DNA of 64,000 bases from the human T2T-CHM13v2.0 reference genome, Homo sapiens. Both the position numbers and the translations under genes were made by a program. Below the pieces are notes generated by a model. It was not told where the DNA came from. It searched no databases and saw nothing but the letters and a program-made list of their open reading frames with translations. How positions within the stretch are numbered: the stretch's first letter is position 1; the number at the start of each line of letters is the position of its first letter. Shown one piece after another: positions 32,366-47,086 of the stretch. The DNA is taken from the NCBI RefSeq assembly GCF_009914755.1, contig NC_060932.1, one strand, 5' to 3'.

Positions 32366-32689
32366 CAGTTGTCCCTCGGTATCAAAAATGATTAGTTCCA
32401 GGACCCTGGCAGATATCAAAATCCATGGACACTCAAATCTCTTATATGAAATGGTGTAGGGTTTGCATATAACCTATGTACATCCTCCCATATACTGTAA
32501 ATCATCTCCACGATCATTACTTACAACATCTACCTATTACTTGTTTCAGGTGGATTCAACATAGTATTCAGCATGTAGTAAGTTCAAGTTTTGCTTTTTG
32601 AAACACTGCAGATTTTTTTTCTGAATATTTTCAGTCCAAGTTTGGCTCAATCCACAGATGTGGAGCCCATAGATACAGAGGGCTGACTG
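32366..32689. mobile_element. MER2 (Tc1/mariner-type MITE)
   Basis: Terminal inverted repeats cagttgtccctc...gagggctgactg with TA target duplication. Confidence 0.85.
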
Positions 32690-32976
32690 TATTCAATTTT
32701 CATTTTTACTATGAAACAATTAAAACTCTTCACAGCTTACTCTTTAATTCACCATATTCTGCCTTTGTACCCATTAGTGAGAGTGTACTCAAGATCACCA
32801 GTGTCACAAGTTAAATTCAAGCTAGTTTTCAATCCTTCCCCTGGGGGCTCTCTCTACACATCGAACGTTAATAACTCCATTCTCTGGTTTCCTGACAAAG
32901 CTCTTTCCTGGTTTTCCTTCTACCTGTCCGGTTATTCCTTTTCTGGGTCCTATTCTTCTGTACCTTTGGAAGCTAG

Positions 32977-33308
32977 TGATATAATTTGGATCTGTGTCCC
33001 CACCCAAATCTCACATCGAATTGTAATCCCCAGTGCTGGAGGAGGGACCTGGTGGGAGGTAACTGGATCATAGAAGCAGACTTCCCCCTTGCTGTTCTTA
33101 TGACAGTGAGTTCTTACAAGATCTGGTTGTTTAAAAGGGTGTGTCACCTGCCCCCTCACTCTCTTCCTCCTCCTCCAGTCATACAAGACATTGCAGCCTT
33201 GCTTCCTGTACAGCCTGTGGAACTGTGAGTCAATTAAACCTCTTTTCTTTATAAATTACCCAGTCTCAGGTAGTTCTTTATATAGCAATGTGAGAACAGA
33301 CTAATACA
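32977..33308 (+). mobile_element. MST-family MaLR LTR
   Basis: tgatataatttggatctgtgtccccacccaaatctc...ctaataca with perfect 5-bp TSD gctag. Confidence 0.88.
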
Positions 33309-33512
33309 GCTAGTCTTCATGAAGACCTAGCCTTGGCCCTGTTCTCTTTCCTCACCATGTACTCTTCCTACATGATCTTGGCTGCTGTTTCAATTGCCAC
33401 GTGTACACTGGTACATCCAAATCCACATGTTCAACCAGTACTCTCTCCTGAGTTTCCCATATACCTAACTTCTTTCTATACATCCCAACTCAGCATCCTT
33501 CAAGCACCTCTA

Positions 33513-33874
33513 CGTATTAGTCCATTTTCACAACGCTGATAAAGTCACACCTGAGACTGGGTAATTTATAAAGAAAAAGCAGTTTAATGGGCTCAGAGTT
33601 CCACGTGGCTAGGGAGGCTTCACAATCATGGCAGAAGGTGAAAGGTTCATCTTACAAGGCAGCAGACAAGAGAGAATAAAAGCCAAGGGAAAGCAGTTTC
33701 CCCTTATAAAACCATCAGATCTCATGAGACTTACTCACTACCACAAGAACAGTATGGGGGAAACCACCCCCATGATGCAATTATCTCCCACCAGGTCCCT
33801 CCCACAATATGTGGGAATTACAGGAGCTACAATTCAAGATGAGATTTGGGTGGGGACACAGCCAAACCATATGA
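33513..33874 (-). mobile_element. THE1-family MaLR LTR
   Basis: gtattagtccattttcaca...ggggacacagccaaaccatat with TSD ctcta. Confidence 0.9.
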
Positions 33875-34894
33875 CTCTACTTAACTTACTAACATATAGC
33901 CCGTATAGAATACTATTCTAAATTCTAAGTATATGTATCAATTCACTTAACCCTCATAATAATCCTGTGAAGTTGGTAGGTTTATTGTACCCCATTTTAA
34001 AGAACAAGAACATGAAGCATTTTCTAAAATTAATCTTACTTTCCTATCTATCTCAAAACTTATCTCTTCCTGTATTCACCACAACATACCCAGGCACCCA
34101 ACTTCAACAATGAAAGCTGTTTCTCTTTTCCATCTGCTGTCATTTCTCAGCAAGATTACTGAAACGATGTCCACAGGATCTTTCTGGTCTCTCCAGCTTT
34201 CAATTCATCTTTTATCTGCCTGCTAGGGCAATCTCTCTCAAACTCGAATAGGGTTAGACACCTTCTGTCTGTCTTCCAGATAACATCTTCTTCACAAGGC
34301 CCAGCAATCCTTTTGCATATGGAAGCCCCTGCCATCCTCTTCACCTTATTCCCTACTGCTCAGGGTTCCATTCTCCCAGCTCCCACCACACCTACCTAGA
34401 GTCCCCTAAATTAGAAAATCTTCTCATATTTCTTCAGCTTTGTACTCTACCCAGAATACCTGCCCTTCAAATTCCAGCTAGTGACAACATGTGATGTCCC
34501 CTATAAGCCTTCCTTGACAACTCTGCCCACCACCACATCTTGTTCCCCCTCCTGCAGCACAGCAGTCTACTCACACTCCCAACTTAGCAATCAACATACC
34601 CTTGCCTGTTTACTGTATTGACAGAGGCAGGAGGCAGAGAAATTCTAGGCAGACGGGGGCAGGTCCCCAGCAAAACCCCACCTTCAAGGCAAAAACCCTG
34701 AAACCCACAGCCTAAAGTGAGAACTTCTAAACCTGTTTGCCCACTCTCTCCTAATTAGTTCTTTCTGAATAATGTCTTTTTACCAATTGAAAGTTGCCTT
34801 TTCCAAAACTACCTATGGCCTGCCTTGCCCCCCACATCCCATTCATGTAAAGACCCCAGACTCACTTGGTAGGGGAGACAAGCGGCTTGACTGA

Positions 34895-35251
34895 TGTATT
34901 AGTCCATTTTTACGCTGCTTATAAAGACGTACATGAGACTGGGCAACTTACAAAAGAAAGAGGTTTAATTGGACTTAAGAGTTCCACGTGGCTGGGGAAG
35001 CCTCACAATCATGGCAGAGGGCAAGGAGGAGCAAGACATGTCTTACATGGATGGCAGCAGGCAAAGAGAGCTCATGCAAGAAAACTCTCCCTTATAATAA
35101 CCATCAGATCTTGTGAGACTTAATCACTATTATGAGAACAGCATGGCAAAGACCTGCCCCCCCATTATTCAATTCCCTCCCACTGGGTCCTTCCCACAAC
35201 ATGTGGGAACTCAATACAAGATTTGGGTGGGGACACAGCCAAATCATATCA
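34895..35251 (-). mobile_element. THE1-family MaLR LTR nested in the ERV1 LTR
   Basis: tgtattagtcc...ggacacagccaaatcatatca, TSD actga/actgg. Confidence 0.9.
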
Positions 35252-35276
35252 ACTGGAGACTTCAGAGGACAGCTGA

Positions 35277-35367
35277 GTCTACTGTCATATCACCCTGAAC
35301 ACACCCAATCTCGCCTGATCTTTGAAGCTAAGCAGGGTCAGGCCTGGTTAGTACTTGGATGGCAGAC
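35277..35367 (+). pseudogene. 5S rRNA retropseudogene, 3'-truncated and tailless
   Basis: gtctactgtcatatcaccctgaac...gaagctaagcagggtcagggcctggttagtacttggatggcagac matches roughly nt 1-91 of human 5S rRNA. Flanked by gacagctg repeats. Confidence 0.93.
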
Positions 35368-36147
35368 AGACAGCTGGACTTTGGAGGAGAGATGGCTTAG
35401 CTTTGGAGAAGAGCCAAGTGTAGATGGCCAGACTTTAGGGAAGATTATCTGCCCGTCCTGTCCCGTCTTCAGCTACCCTCTCTGCTGAGAGCCACTTTCA
35501 TTGCTAAATAAAATTATCTGCCTCCACCATCCTTCAGGTGTCCATGTGACCCAATTCTTCTTGGACAGTGGACAAGAGCTTGGGACCCACCAACTTTGGG
35601 TACCCAAAAAAGGTTATCACACTGACCCTTTGCCCTCGCTACTGGAGGGCAGCTGCCCCACACAGTGAGGCAAAGGGCCCACTGAGCTGATGACACACCG
35701 GTGTCCATGGATGGTGGAGCCAAGAGAGCACTGTAGCATGCCCTCTGGGGCTTTAGGGTCACAGACACCACCACCTGGGCACCACTGTGGGGCCTGCACA
35801 CAGCATGCTCCTGCCGGTGCTCAAAGTGGCTGGCTGGATCCTGTACTCACTTGCCCACACACTCCTGCCCGCAAGAGGTTGAGCATGGCGGGCTGAATGG
35901 GGCACCCCCATCGCAAGTTTTACAAATGGGTTGAGAAAAACTCCTGCAACAGTATTACCCACTGCACTAGGCACTCAGACAGGGTCTCTTTTTTCCCTAC
36001 ATCCTAACAATCATCACCATATGTATAATACATAGTATGCACCCAATAAATGTTTCTATTCTACATAGAGGAAATGGGAGTCTGAGCCTTACTCACAGTG
36101 TGAATTCCAACACCAAACTACAATTTGCAATTCTCCCTTTACATTAA

Positions 36148-37117
<970 letters not shown>

Positions 37118-38194
37118 CAAAGAACAACTGAGCTCAACAGAGACTTAGTAACCTGCCAGAGGTCACTTTGCCCAGTAAATGGTGGAGCTACAATTTGAAA
37201 CTACTCTAAAATCCGTGCTTGTAAAGCAGCATGTTCCCTGTCATCACTCTTCTTTCTTTAATAAATCTCAAGTGTTAATTTCCGATAGATACACATAAAG
37301 CCCAATGCCGATGGCAGTCGAATTCATACATTAGGTGAATTCAACAATAACTTAGCAGGCCAATCACCCATGAGAACAGCTGGAGGTCATGTTTTGGCAC
37401 TGGAGAACAATACAGAATTGGCCAAGAAAAGCAAGTGACTGTACACAAACTAACAAAGATCTTCTGTCTCTGGCTAGGTTAAATTAAAGCTGGCTAAATT
37501 CATCTCCCAGAGAAAAATCTTCTTTTAAAAAGCAACCCAAAAGTTAACCTCCCAGAGAAAACCTTCTTTTAAAAAGTAAGGCAAACTGCTCATCAATTTA
37601 CAAAAGTGAATCTTCAGCAAATCACTTGTTTTGCCTTTCAGAGCCAACATTCCAAAAATTTTGAAACCGTATGGTGTATGGAGCAGAAAAGGCCAGGATT
37701 CAAGTGAGGGCTCTGAGTGTGAATCCCAATTTTACTATTTACCAGCTGTGTGAGTTTTAAGTGACCTCGCTGAAGTATTAAAATGTCGACAACAATTGCC
37801 CTGTTGTTATTGGGAAGAGTAAATAACAATGTATGGAAAGCACCTGAGCGTTACAGGGCCCATTAAATGGCATAATATAACTAAGGCACCTGAGCAAAGT
37901 GCCTGACCCAGAGCAAGCACTGAATAAATATCAATTCCTTTCCTTTTAGGTTAAGTCTCCACTCCCTTTATCTCACACACTATCATGAACACATAACCTC
38001 TGTTGTGAGGAGCTACATCTAGCCCCGTTTCAAATAAAAATCAAGTTCCTTCTTCCAAATAAGAACTTTTCTAAAGATTCAGATACACCCTGACCACCAA
38101 TGAGCTGTGAGGTTGCAGGCAGTCTAGGGATTCAGTAAACTCAAGGCCTAAGGCAGGCCAAGGCCAACAAAGCAACAGTAAAAATTAACATCCG

Positions 38195-38498
<304 letters not shown>

Positions 38499-38737
38499 TC
38501 AATCCAGGGCAGTAAGAGCCTTTGAGTGCTGCTGAAGTGACCAACCGACATTCATGTTTCAGGAAAACACGCAGCAAATTCATTCAGCTCTCTACAGTAA
38601 GTGCAAAGCCAGTGGCCTATGAGGGTCTGCCCAGACACTTTCCAGTCCTCCTTCCCAGAGACATGGAAATGTGCAAGAGGTAAACTAGCAAAATTAGAGA
38701 GCACTGTGCTTCAGACATGATCGTGAAAAAAAGAGTA

Positions 38738-39112
<375 letters not shown>

Positions 39113-40874
39113 TCAAGACTTACAAAGTATTTCATATCTAATTATGAATCCTAACAGCCAGATTCCTAAGGCGAAAAGTGCTGTTTCTCCAAGACATACT
39201 AGGATCCATTTCAACCTGATGATTCTATCCTTACCTCAGTACCACATCGGGAGCCTGAAAAACAGGTTTTCAAGCTGCACAGGGGCAACATAACCCTAAG
39301 ACTCAATGCACAAATCAGGAAAACTTTTAGTTTCAAAATTACACAACCAATTTAAATTCAAGACAAATGTCATTAAAAAAAAGAAACTTTATGATAGAGT
39401 TTTTGGTAGCTGGGGACTGACACACCAAAAAAAGTCTCCCATAAATCAAGAGAATAAACATCGTGTTTCTATGTATATCTGTAAATGCCAAACTAAGAAT
39501 GTTGATTAGAATTAAGAGTATGTTGTAATTTAATTTTGCAAAAAAATTAAAATTATAAATGATATCGGTTTTCTAAGTTTGACTTCAAGATAACTTAAAA
39601 ACTAAATCTGAGTTTTGAAACAATGGATGAACTCATTAGTTTAGAAATCACTGTGGTGTACCCTTCTTCCAAATAGAGAAGACTGGTTGTTAAAGCCCAA
39701 ACATGTCTAAACTGATGTTTTAGAGAATCTAGAATATCTTCAGTCTTTCCTAACCTTGTCTTCTAAACGGACCTGACAATTCCCTCCCTTGTGGTCCCCA
39801 TGCACCCTGAAGACACACCTAAGTCAGCCCTTCTGCACTTGCTATTCTATGTGCTTCATTCCTCTTGCCACGAGCCCTCCAAGGGACAGGCTGTCTGTGT
39901 CACACCTGCCTTTCTCCGCTGGCACTTAGCTCCCTTCCTGGCCCAGAGGACAGGCACCCAAGGACAGCCTGTCTGGGGCTGAAAATACACCTAAGTCCCC
40001 ACTGCCAAAAATAGGGCTGAGGACACATGCCCAACGACCAACAGTGGCCTGTCAAATGTTTTTAAAACCCAGAAAACCAATTTCTACACACTATTCTCAA
40101 AAACACATGCATGTTTAAAGGAAAATCACCTTTACACTGCATGTGAATTCTTTATTCTTTAAACAGCACTCTCTAGGTCCCCCCCAAATATTTTAGACAG
40201 GCGCTATGGAAAACATACTGGTTTTTCACTATACATAAGTAAAAGATTTTATTTTATATACCAGGAATTAATATATTAAGGCCGCAAGAGGCTTCACACA
40301 TCCACTAGGTCCAATCCTTTCATCTTTGGGTCTCGAAAAATTACTTGCCAAAAATCATTATTGGCCGGTCAGAGGAAAAATCAAGAACACTCTTGCTCAT
40401 ACAAGAGGGCTCTACTTCCCAGAGCTGCCTCCTCCGCAAGAGTCCAGGAGTTATTTTTATGTTGACATGTTTACCAGCACTCCCAAGCCCTTTCTTAAAT
40501 GCTGTCCAATACATTTTAAAGTTGACAACCCAACTTTTTCAGAAAAATAAAATATAACCTGATTGTATCAGGCACTTAAACTACTAATTATACTAAAATA
40601 TTAAAGTAACTTCATTTTTCAGCACACTATTAAAAGGAACGGTGATACTTGATACAAAATACTGAAATTGAGGATTTTTTTTTCCATATGCAGTTTTGTT
40701 GTATTGAAACCTATTAACACCCTAGTACTGACAAGACAATGAATTAACAACTAAATGTAAATCTGCCCACCTGGTTCTGCAATATTATTGACTAATAGAT
40801 AACTAAATGCTAACACATCTCAGTTTTCTCCACAGTTCTCTGAAGCATGCAAAAAATATATATATATTACTTAC

Positions 40875-42965
40875 CAAAAACAGAGAACCATATTCAAAAG
40901 TCTCATTCATAATCTCTTGTTTCAGCTCTTGTTTTTCCATAGATGTCCCATTTTCTTTTTCACCCTTCTTTTCAGGGCTAATCCTATCAATGTTGGGAAC
41001 ATAGGTCATTTCCAAACATTCTGCACTTTCCATTTTAACAGGGAGTATGCCTTTGATCTTCTGAAACAACGCAGAAACGGACCCGGTCTCGCATGCTGAG
41101 TTAGAAGAACTGGCTTTGTCAACATCTTCCTGATTCGATTTCACGGCAGATGTTGTTCTTGGAACCCTGTGTGAAGCATTTTTAGAATGAGTTGTAACAT
41201 GCACAGCCTGGCTAGTAATGAGTTTATTAAACTGCTGCTTATGTGTCTTGTTAATTAGAATTTCTGCTTTTTTGTCTGCATTCAAGTCAGATCTCGGTGT
41301 TCTGCTCAAGACTGTTTGTTGTCTTGAATTCACTGATGAGGGTGATGAGGCACTGGTCTGCTGAGGTCTGGGCGTGACCTTTGATAAAGCAGCATCTTTG
41401 GGCTGCAACACTGCTCTAGACATAACTTTTGCTTTGACATTCTTGAAGTTTGGTCTTGGGTAACTTATAATTTCAGTTTTTCTAACTTTGCAGCCTATTG
41501 GGGTATTCGTTTTGATTGTTGATTTTCCTAAACTGGGTTTACACAGGTTCACAGGTGCCTCCTTCGAGTCTGGTATGTTTTTAAGCCCTCGATTACCCTT
41601 CTCCACTTTCTTACATTTCTCCGTCGCTTCAATCGGTGAAACAGAAAAGGTTACTTTTGTGGGTTCTAGGACTGGTGTTGACATGCACATCGTTTTGTCT
41701 GTGCTAATGACCATATCATTTGCATCCCAAGTCAGTCCAAATGACGAGCCCACCTTTTGTCCTGGCGGGCTACTTAGAATCAATTCTGAGGTATGATTTT
41801 GGGTTCCCAAATCCTTTCCTTTGGAGACCATTTGTGTGTCTTCAGTCTCAGTGACTTTATGCTCTGGGTTCAGCACTTGAGCTTCGCTCTTATCAAAAGC
41901 TGGCACCATTAAAGGGCATTCATCATCAATAAGACAATAGGACACTGTCTCTCTCAGATTTTGGCCCATTTCCTTGTGCCTGTATGAGCTCTGTGAATGT
42001 GGTTCGCTATTGGATTCATCATGGGATAAACAAAAGAACTCTTGTAATGCAGAATCATTGGGGACTTCCATGCCATCAGAAACTGGTGTTAGTGCTTGTG
42101 TCTCTTTTTCTCCAACTAGTCTTTGTTGTGATCCATCTGTGTACTCACTGGTGACCTTTCCTGAAGAACATGCACACTGATTTCCAATATCTGAAACAAA
42201 AACCTCACTTTGCATCACCACATCAGAAAATGCTGTGTAAGTCATGTCTTGGGCTTCTGATGGTGTGACTTGAGGGTTTTCAAAGCTTTCTCTATCATAA
42301 GTAGTTTCTCTTGCATGCGTCTTATCAGAATGGGAAGATGTCCAAGTGGAATAGGATAAAGAAGATGTACTTCCACTTCTCCTACCAGTTGGTGGCAGGC
42401 TTCCAGCAGTATGGAAGGACTGACTCTTTCCGATGGCATGATGTGATATAAAGGTGCAGTTAACTTTATCCACTGTCATGTCAAATGTTTGGTTCAGCTC
42501 CAAGGCATCACAGTAGCCTGCACAGTTCAAATTGTCATTAGGCTTCCACACAAAAGGCAAAGATGGCTCAACACTCTGGCCCTCAACTGCTTCTAGGGAA
42601 TGACAACTGTGTTGCAGATATTTGGGCTTCTCAGTACCTACAAGTGCAGGACACTGACAAATAGAATCTTTATGCATATCTAACACCTGCTTACTAATGA
42701 AATCACTAGAAGACTTTTCATGACCAAATACTTCAACACCCTGAAGGCTTAAAGAAATATTTTCACCAGTAACTACAGCAGGGTCAGTTTCATAATCAAC
42801 CACCATGTCATCTGGGTTGGCAGAATTCCAGTTCACACTGCTGGCTGAAGAGTTTTGTGTAGGTGGTGATTTCGGGTTGTATGCATGTGTATTTCCATCT
42901 TTATCACTGGTAAAGAAGGTTTGCAATTCATCTTCTATTTTATCATCTGAATTATCATCAGTCAT
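40875..42965 (-). CDS. MTUS1: MTUS1 (ATIP3) large first coding exon, codons 1-697
   Basis: The ORF MTDDNSDDKIEDELQTFFTSDKDG...FEYGSLFL is recognisable as the MTUS1/ATIP3 N-terminus. Donor TTG|GTAAGT at 40875/40874; 2091 nt, phase 0. The last 23 aa of the 720-aa ORF are intronic read-through. Confidence 0.97.
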
Positions 42966-43119
42966 CCTGAATAGTAACCTTAAACCTCTGCCATTTTATT
43001 TCTTCTTCAATTCCTTTTAAATGAGAGGGTGGGCAAAATGGTCTGTCTTCTAGGTTTTTCAGCACAGTTGAAAGGTTTTCAGTCTAAGATGCTCTGAAGA
43101 TTAAATGATTTGTTGTTCC
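42966..43119 (-). other. MTUS1: 5'UTR part of the large MTUS1 exon (whole exon 43119-40875, 2245 nt)
   Basis: Acceptor ttttatttcttccag|GGAAC with AG at 43121-43120, 154 nt upstream of the ATG. Confidence 0.85.
42980..42994 (-). promoter_or_regulatory. uORF MAEV* in the MTUS1 5'UTR
   Basis: aaaATGG strong Kozak context; ATG GCA GAG GTT TAA ends 14 nt before the main ATG. Confidence 0.6.
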
Positions 43120-43775
43120 CTGGAAGAAATAAAATGTTTAACTCAAGTAACTATAAGAAAAATTAACAGGCCACCCCTTGGTTTCAATCACTAAGTGATT
43201 AGTTTCAATCACTTTATGTTCACATTTAGACCCCACAACTACTGATGTGGGTAACTGAGATATAATCAGGCAATCTATCACCGCTTTTCAAGATACTTTT
43301 TTAATTTGAGGGAATAGCAAATGGGGCAAAATGGAAGATGGGGTCATTGCTCGTTAACCCTGTCCCTGACTTTATAACTGATATGCCTCTCCCCCACTCC
43401 CAGGGACTTGTCAAAGAGAGGAGGAGGTAAATCTGGCAATAGTATTTTCTTCTTGTTGGCTGACAGAGTGACAATTCACCCAAATTTGCTTATGACAGTC
43501 CCAAAGTATGTCTGTTGTCCCAGGATGATTAGTAAACATGTCCCTTTCATTCTCAGAAGGGCCCCCCTATTATTTCCATGCAGAGTGATTATTAGACAGG
43601 CCATGAAAGCCCAGCAAATCAGCTGAAGATCAATCAAGAACTCACGTTTCTCCTTTGTTTTTATTCCTATCTTAAACATATGCTATTTCCAAATTGAAGG
43701 GGAAAAAAAAATTGTCGATTCTTAAAGGCTCCAGTGGTACCCTGTTGGAAGTCCCTTGAAATGTGAGTTACCTTA

Positions 43776-44168
43776 TGTTATACACTAAACTGTTCCCCAC
43801 CCCTCTCCAATTCATAGGTCAAGCCCAAACCCCCACCCCTTATGTAACTATGTTGGAGACAGAGCCTTTAAGGAGGTGATTAAGGTTAAAAGCAGTCATA
43901 AGCGTGGAGTGCTGATCCAACAGAGCTGGTGCCCTTAGAAGAAGGGAAAGTGACACCAGAATGCTCTCCCACTCTTGGTTCATCCCCTCTCTCTACCAAA
44001 TTAGGGTACACTGAGAAGAGTAGGAGAGCTCTCACCAAAAACCAAACCCTGAAAAGAACCTTAATCTTCAACTTTCCAGCCTCCAAAACTGTGAGAAAGT
44101 AAGTTTTTGTTGTTTAAGCCATCCAGTGTATGATAATTTGTTATGGTGGCCGAAGAAGACTTAAGTAC
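43776..44168 (+). mobile_element. MLT1-family LTR
   Basis: gagcctttaaggaggtgattaaggttaaa...ttccagcctccaaaactgtgaga...gtttaagccatccagt. Confidence 0.8.
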
Positions 44169-44169
44169 C

Positions 44170-44635
44170 ACATGCCCCAGCAATTCTACTCCTAAGAATC
44201 TACTGAAGAAAATGAAAACATATGTCAACATGGGAACTTGCACACAAATGTACATGATTCTAAATAGAAGCACTATTCATAATAGTCATAAAGTAGAAAC
44301 CCACATGCCCATCAACTGAAGAGCAGAAAGCAAAATGTACTCTTATGCATTTGACAAAATATTCCTCAGCAATAGAAAGGAATGCAATATTGACACATGG
44401 TACAACACGGATATAATATTACACTTGCAATATTATATCAAATGAAAGAAGCCAGTCATGAAAGTCTACATACTATATGACACTATTTACATGAAATGTC
44501 CAGAATAAGAAAACCTAAAGTGGCTGCTAATTGGGATGACGTTTCTTTTGCGAGTATGTTCTAAAACTATGTACTGATGATGGCTGCACAATGTTATATA
44601 CTGAAAACTACTGAATTGTACACTTAAAAATGAAA
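44170..44635 (+). mobile_element. L1M 3' fragment
   Basis: cagcaattctactcctaagaatct...aatgaaagaagccagtc...ctgaattgtacacttaaaaatg. Confidence 0.75.
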
Positions 44636-44685
44636 CCATTAAAACACCCACGAAAGCATTTAAATCTAAAACTTTTTGCAAATAA

Positions 44686-44984
<299 letters not shown>

Positions 44985-45997
44985 ACTTTTGGGAAATAAC
45001 TTAAATTTTATTATGCTTTTGGTCAAACTGCAGTGCCAAAGAAAGGTCCAAATGTTCAAGCTAGGACTGCAAACAGGTCATTGTGAATCCTAAAATGAGG
45101 GCTGTGTGATTTATATTCTGATGGAAAGTGTAAATTTGTTAACTCTTTTTACTACTGCAAACAGATACGCACACACTTGAACTAATTTTCTAATCCTAGT
45201 ATTCAATGTCAATCCGATGTCACAGTACTGTTGTAAAGAAAAAAAAATATCCATGAGGGAGGGAAAAAATGCCATTTCGTGTGTTAATTCAACTTGCCGA
45301 ATGAAGAGTAGGTCTCATTTTTCTATCTTGCAGCGTTTTCTCTGCATTCAAACTTCAGTGGCCTGAATAAAACCAGAATAGGAACTATGTTAAAACTGAA
45401 ACGATCAGTTTTCTTCGCTAACAGTGCTCTGTGTCTTTCTGGCCAAGCATCCTGATACCAGCCTTTAATGGAATAAAGAAAGGCTGCAATGTTGATTTCA
45501 ACAGCATGTGCACACATACACATCCAAAAAGCGATTTTGAATCCAAAAATGAAGGCTGCGTGATTTATATACTGATGGAAAGTGTAAATTTGTGAACCCT
45601 TTTTACCATATAACTCCTTAGTGAAATCACTGAATAGTTTATTGGCAAGAGCCTTAATAAAAGCTTTTATGAAACATAAATTAACATTTTTAATCCTCCA
45701 GTATAAAATACATCCAAGCTAAATGTTTAAATCAAGAAATATATTTATTCATTTTTAGGCTTACATGCAGGGGATATAATTTCCAAAAGCACTAAATATG
45801 CTACAGCTTTCTGCTTCCCTAACAGCTAATACTCAGTTAGCAGACTGTGGCATAAGCAAATATATGCAAAGTGCACTGCAAACACGCACTTAGCATAGAT
45901 CGTGGGAACTGTCTTTGTAAATAATTGTTAGCTTCAATTAATGGCATTTTTATTACTCAAGTTTCCTCTTCTGAAGTGCATAAAAGATGATTTTTAA

Positions 45998-46620
<623 letters not shown>

Positions 46621-46737
46621 CCAGCTTTTCTCATTTATAAATAATACTAAACTGAAATCTTCACAATCTTTGACATCTGATCATTTGCCAAATTGCTATA
46701 TTTAAAAAGGGGGCAGGATTCTTTATAATGTGCATGT

Positions 46738-46835
46738 TACTATATATGTATATTTTATATATATATATAAAAGTTCTCTTTCTTTTTATATATTTATATA
46801 TAAAAATACGTAATATAAAATATATATATTATATA
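46738..46835. repeat. Degenerate (TA)n / AT-rich low-complexity tract
   Basis: Read directly. Confidence 0.85.
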
Positions 46836-47086
46836 CTGAGTTTTGCTTTTAAGACTCATATACTGTGGTCAGCATTGTCTCTGAAGCATTTTCCCATGTC
46901 ATTATACTATAAAAACATTTTTAACGGTTGTGAAACGCCACTAAAGTTAAGGTTAAATGTTTTAGATTTACAAGCTAGTGGTTTACAAGAGTAACAGAAA
47001 AATAAAGAAGCCATCAACCATTTAACTTTCACTTAACATTTTAGTACACTTGGGTTTATGATTTTTTTTTAATTCACAAAAAGAGA

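Larger units (their letters stand above)
34619..35951 (+). mobile_element. ERV1-class solo LTR (LTR27/LTR28/MER61-like), interrupted by THE1 and 5S insertions
   Basis: TG...CA ends, 4-bp TSD gtat (34615-34618 and 35952-35955), internal AATAAA near 35507. Subfamily is from memory only. Confidence 0.8.

Noticed and set aside
35277-35367. Functional 5S rRNA gene
   Set aside because: It lacks the 3' ~30 nt and the terminator, shows CpG decay, and is inserted in an LTR with flanking repeats.
40803-42965. 720-aa ORF as a complete single-exon gene
   Set aside because: A consensus donor at 40875/40874 splices in frame to downstream exons. The ORF is one large MTUS1 exon plus intronic read-through.
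41488-43020. Several plus-strand ORFs opposite exon 2
   Set aside because: Antisense shadows of the real coding exon.
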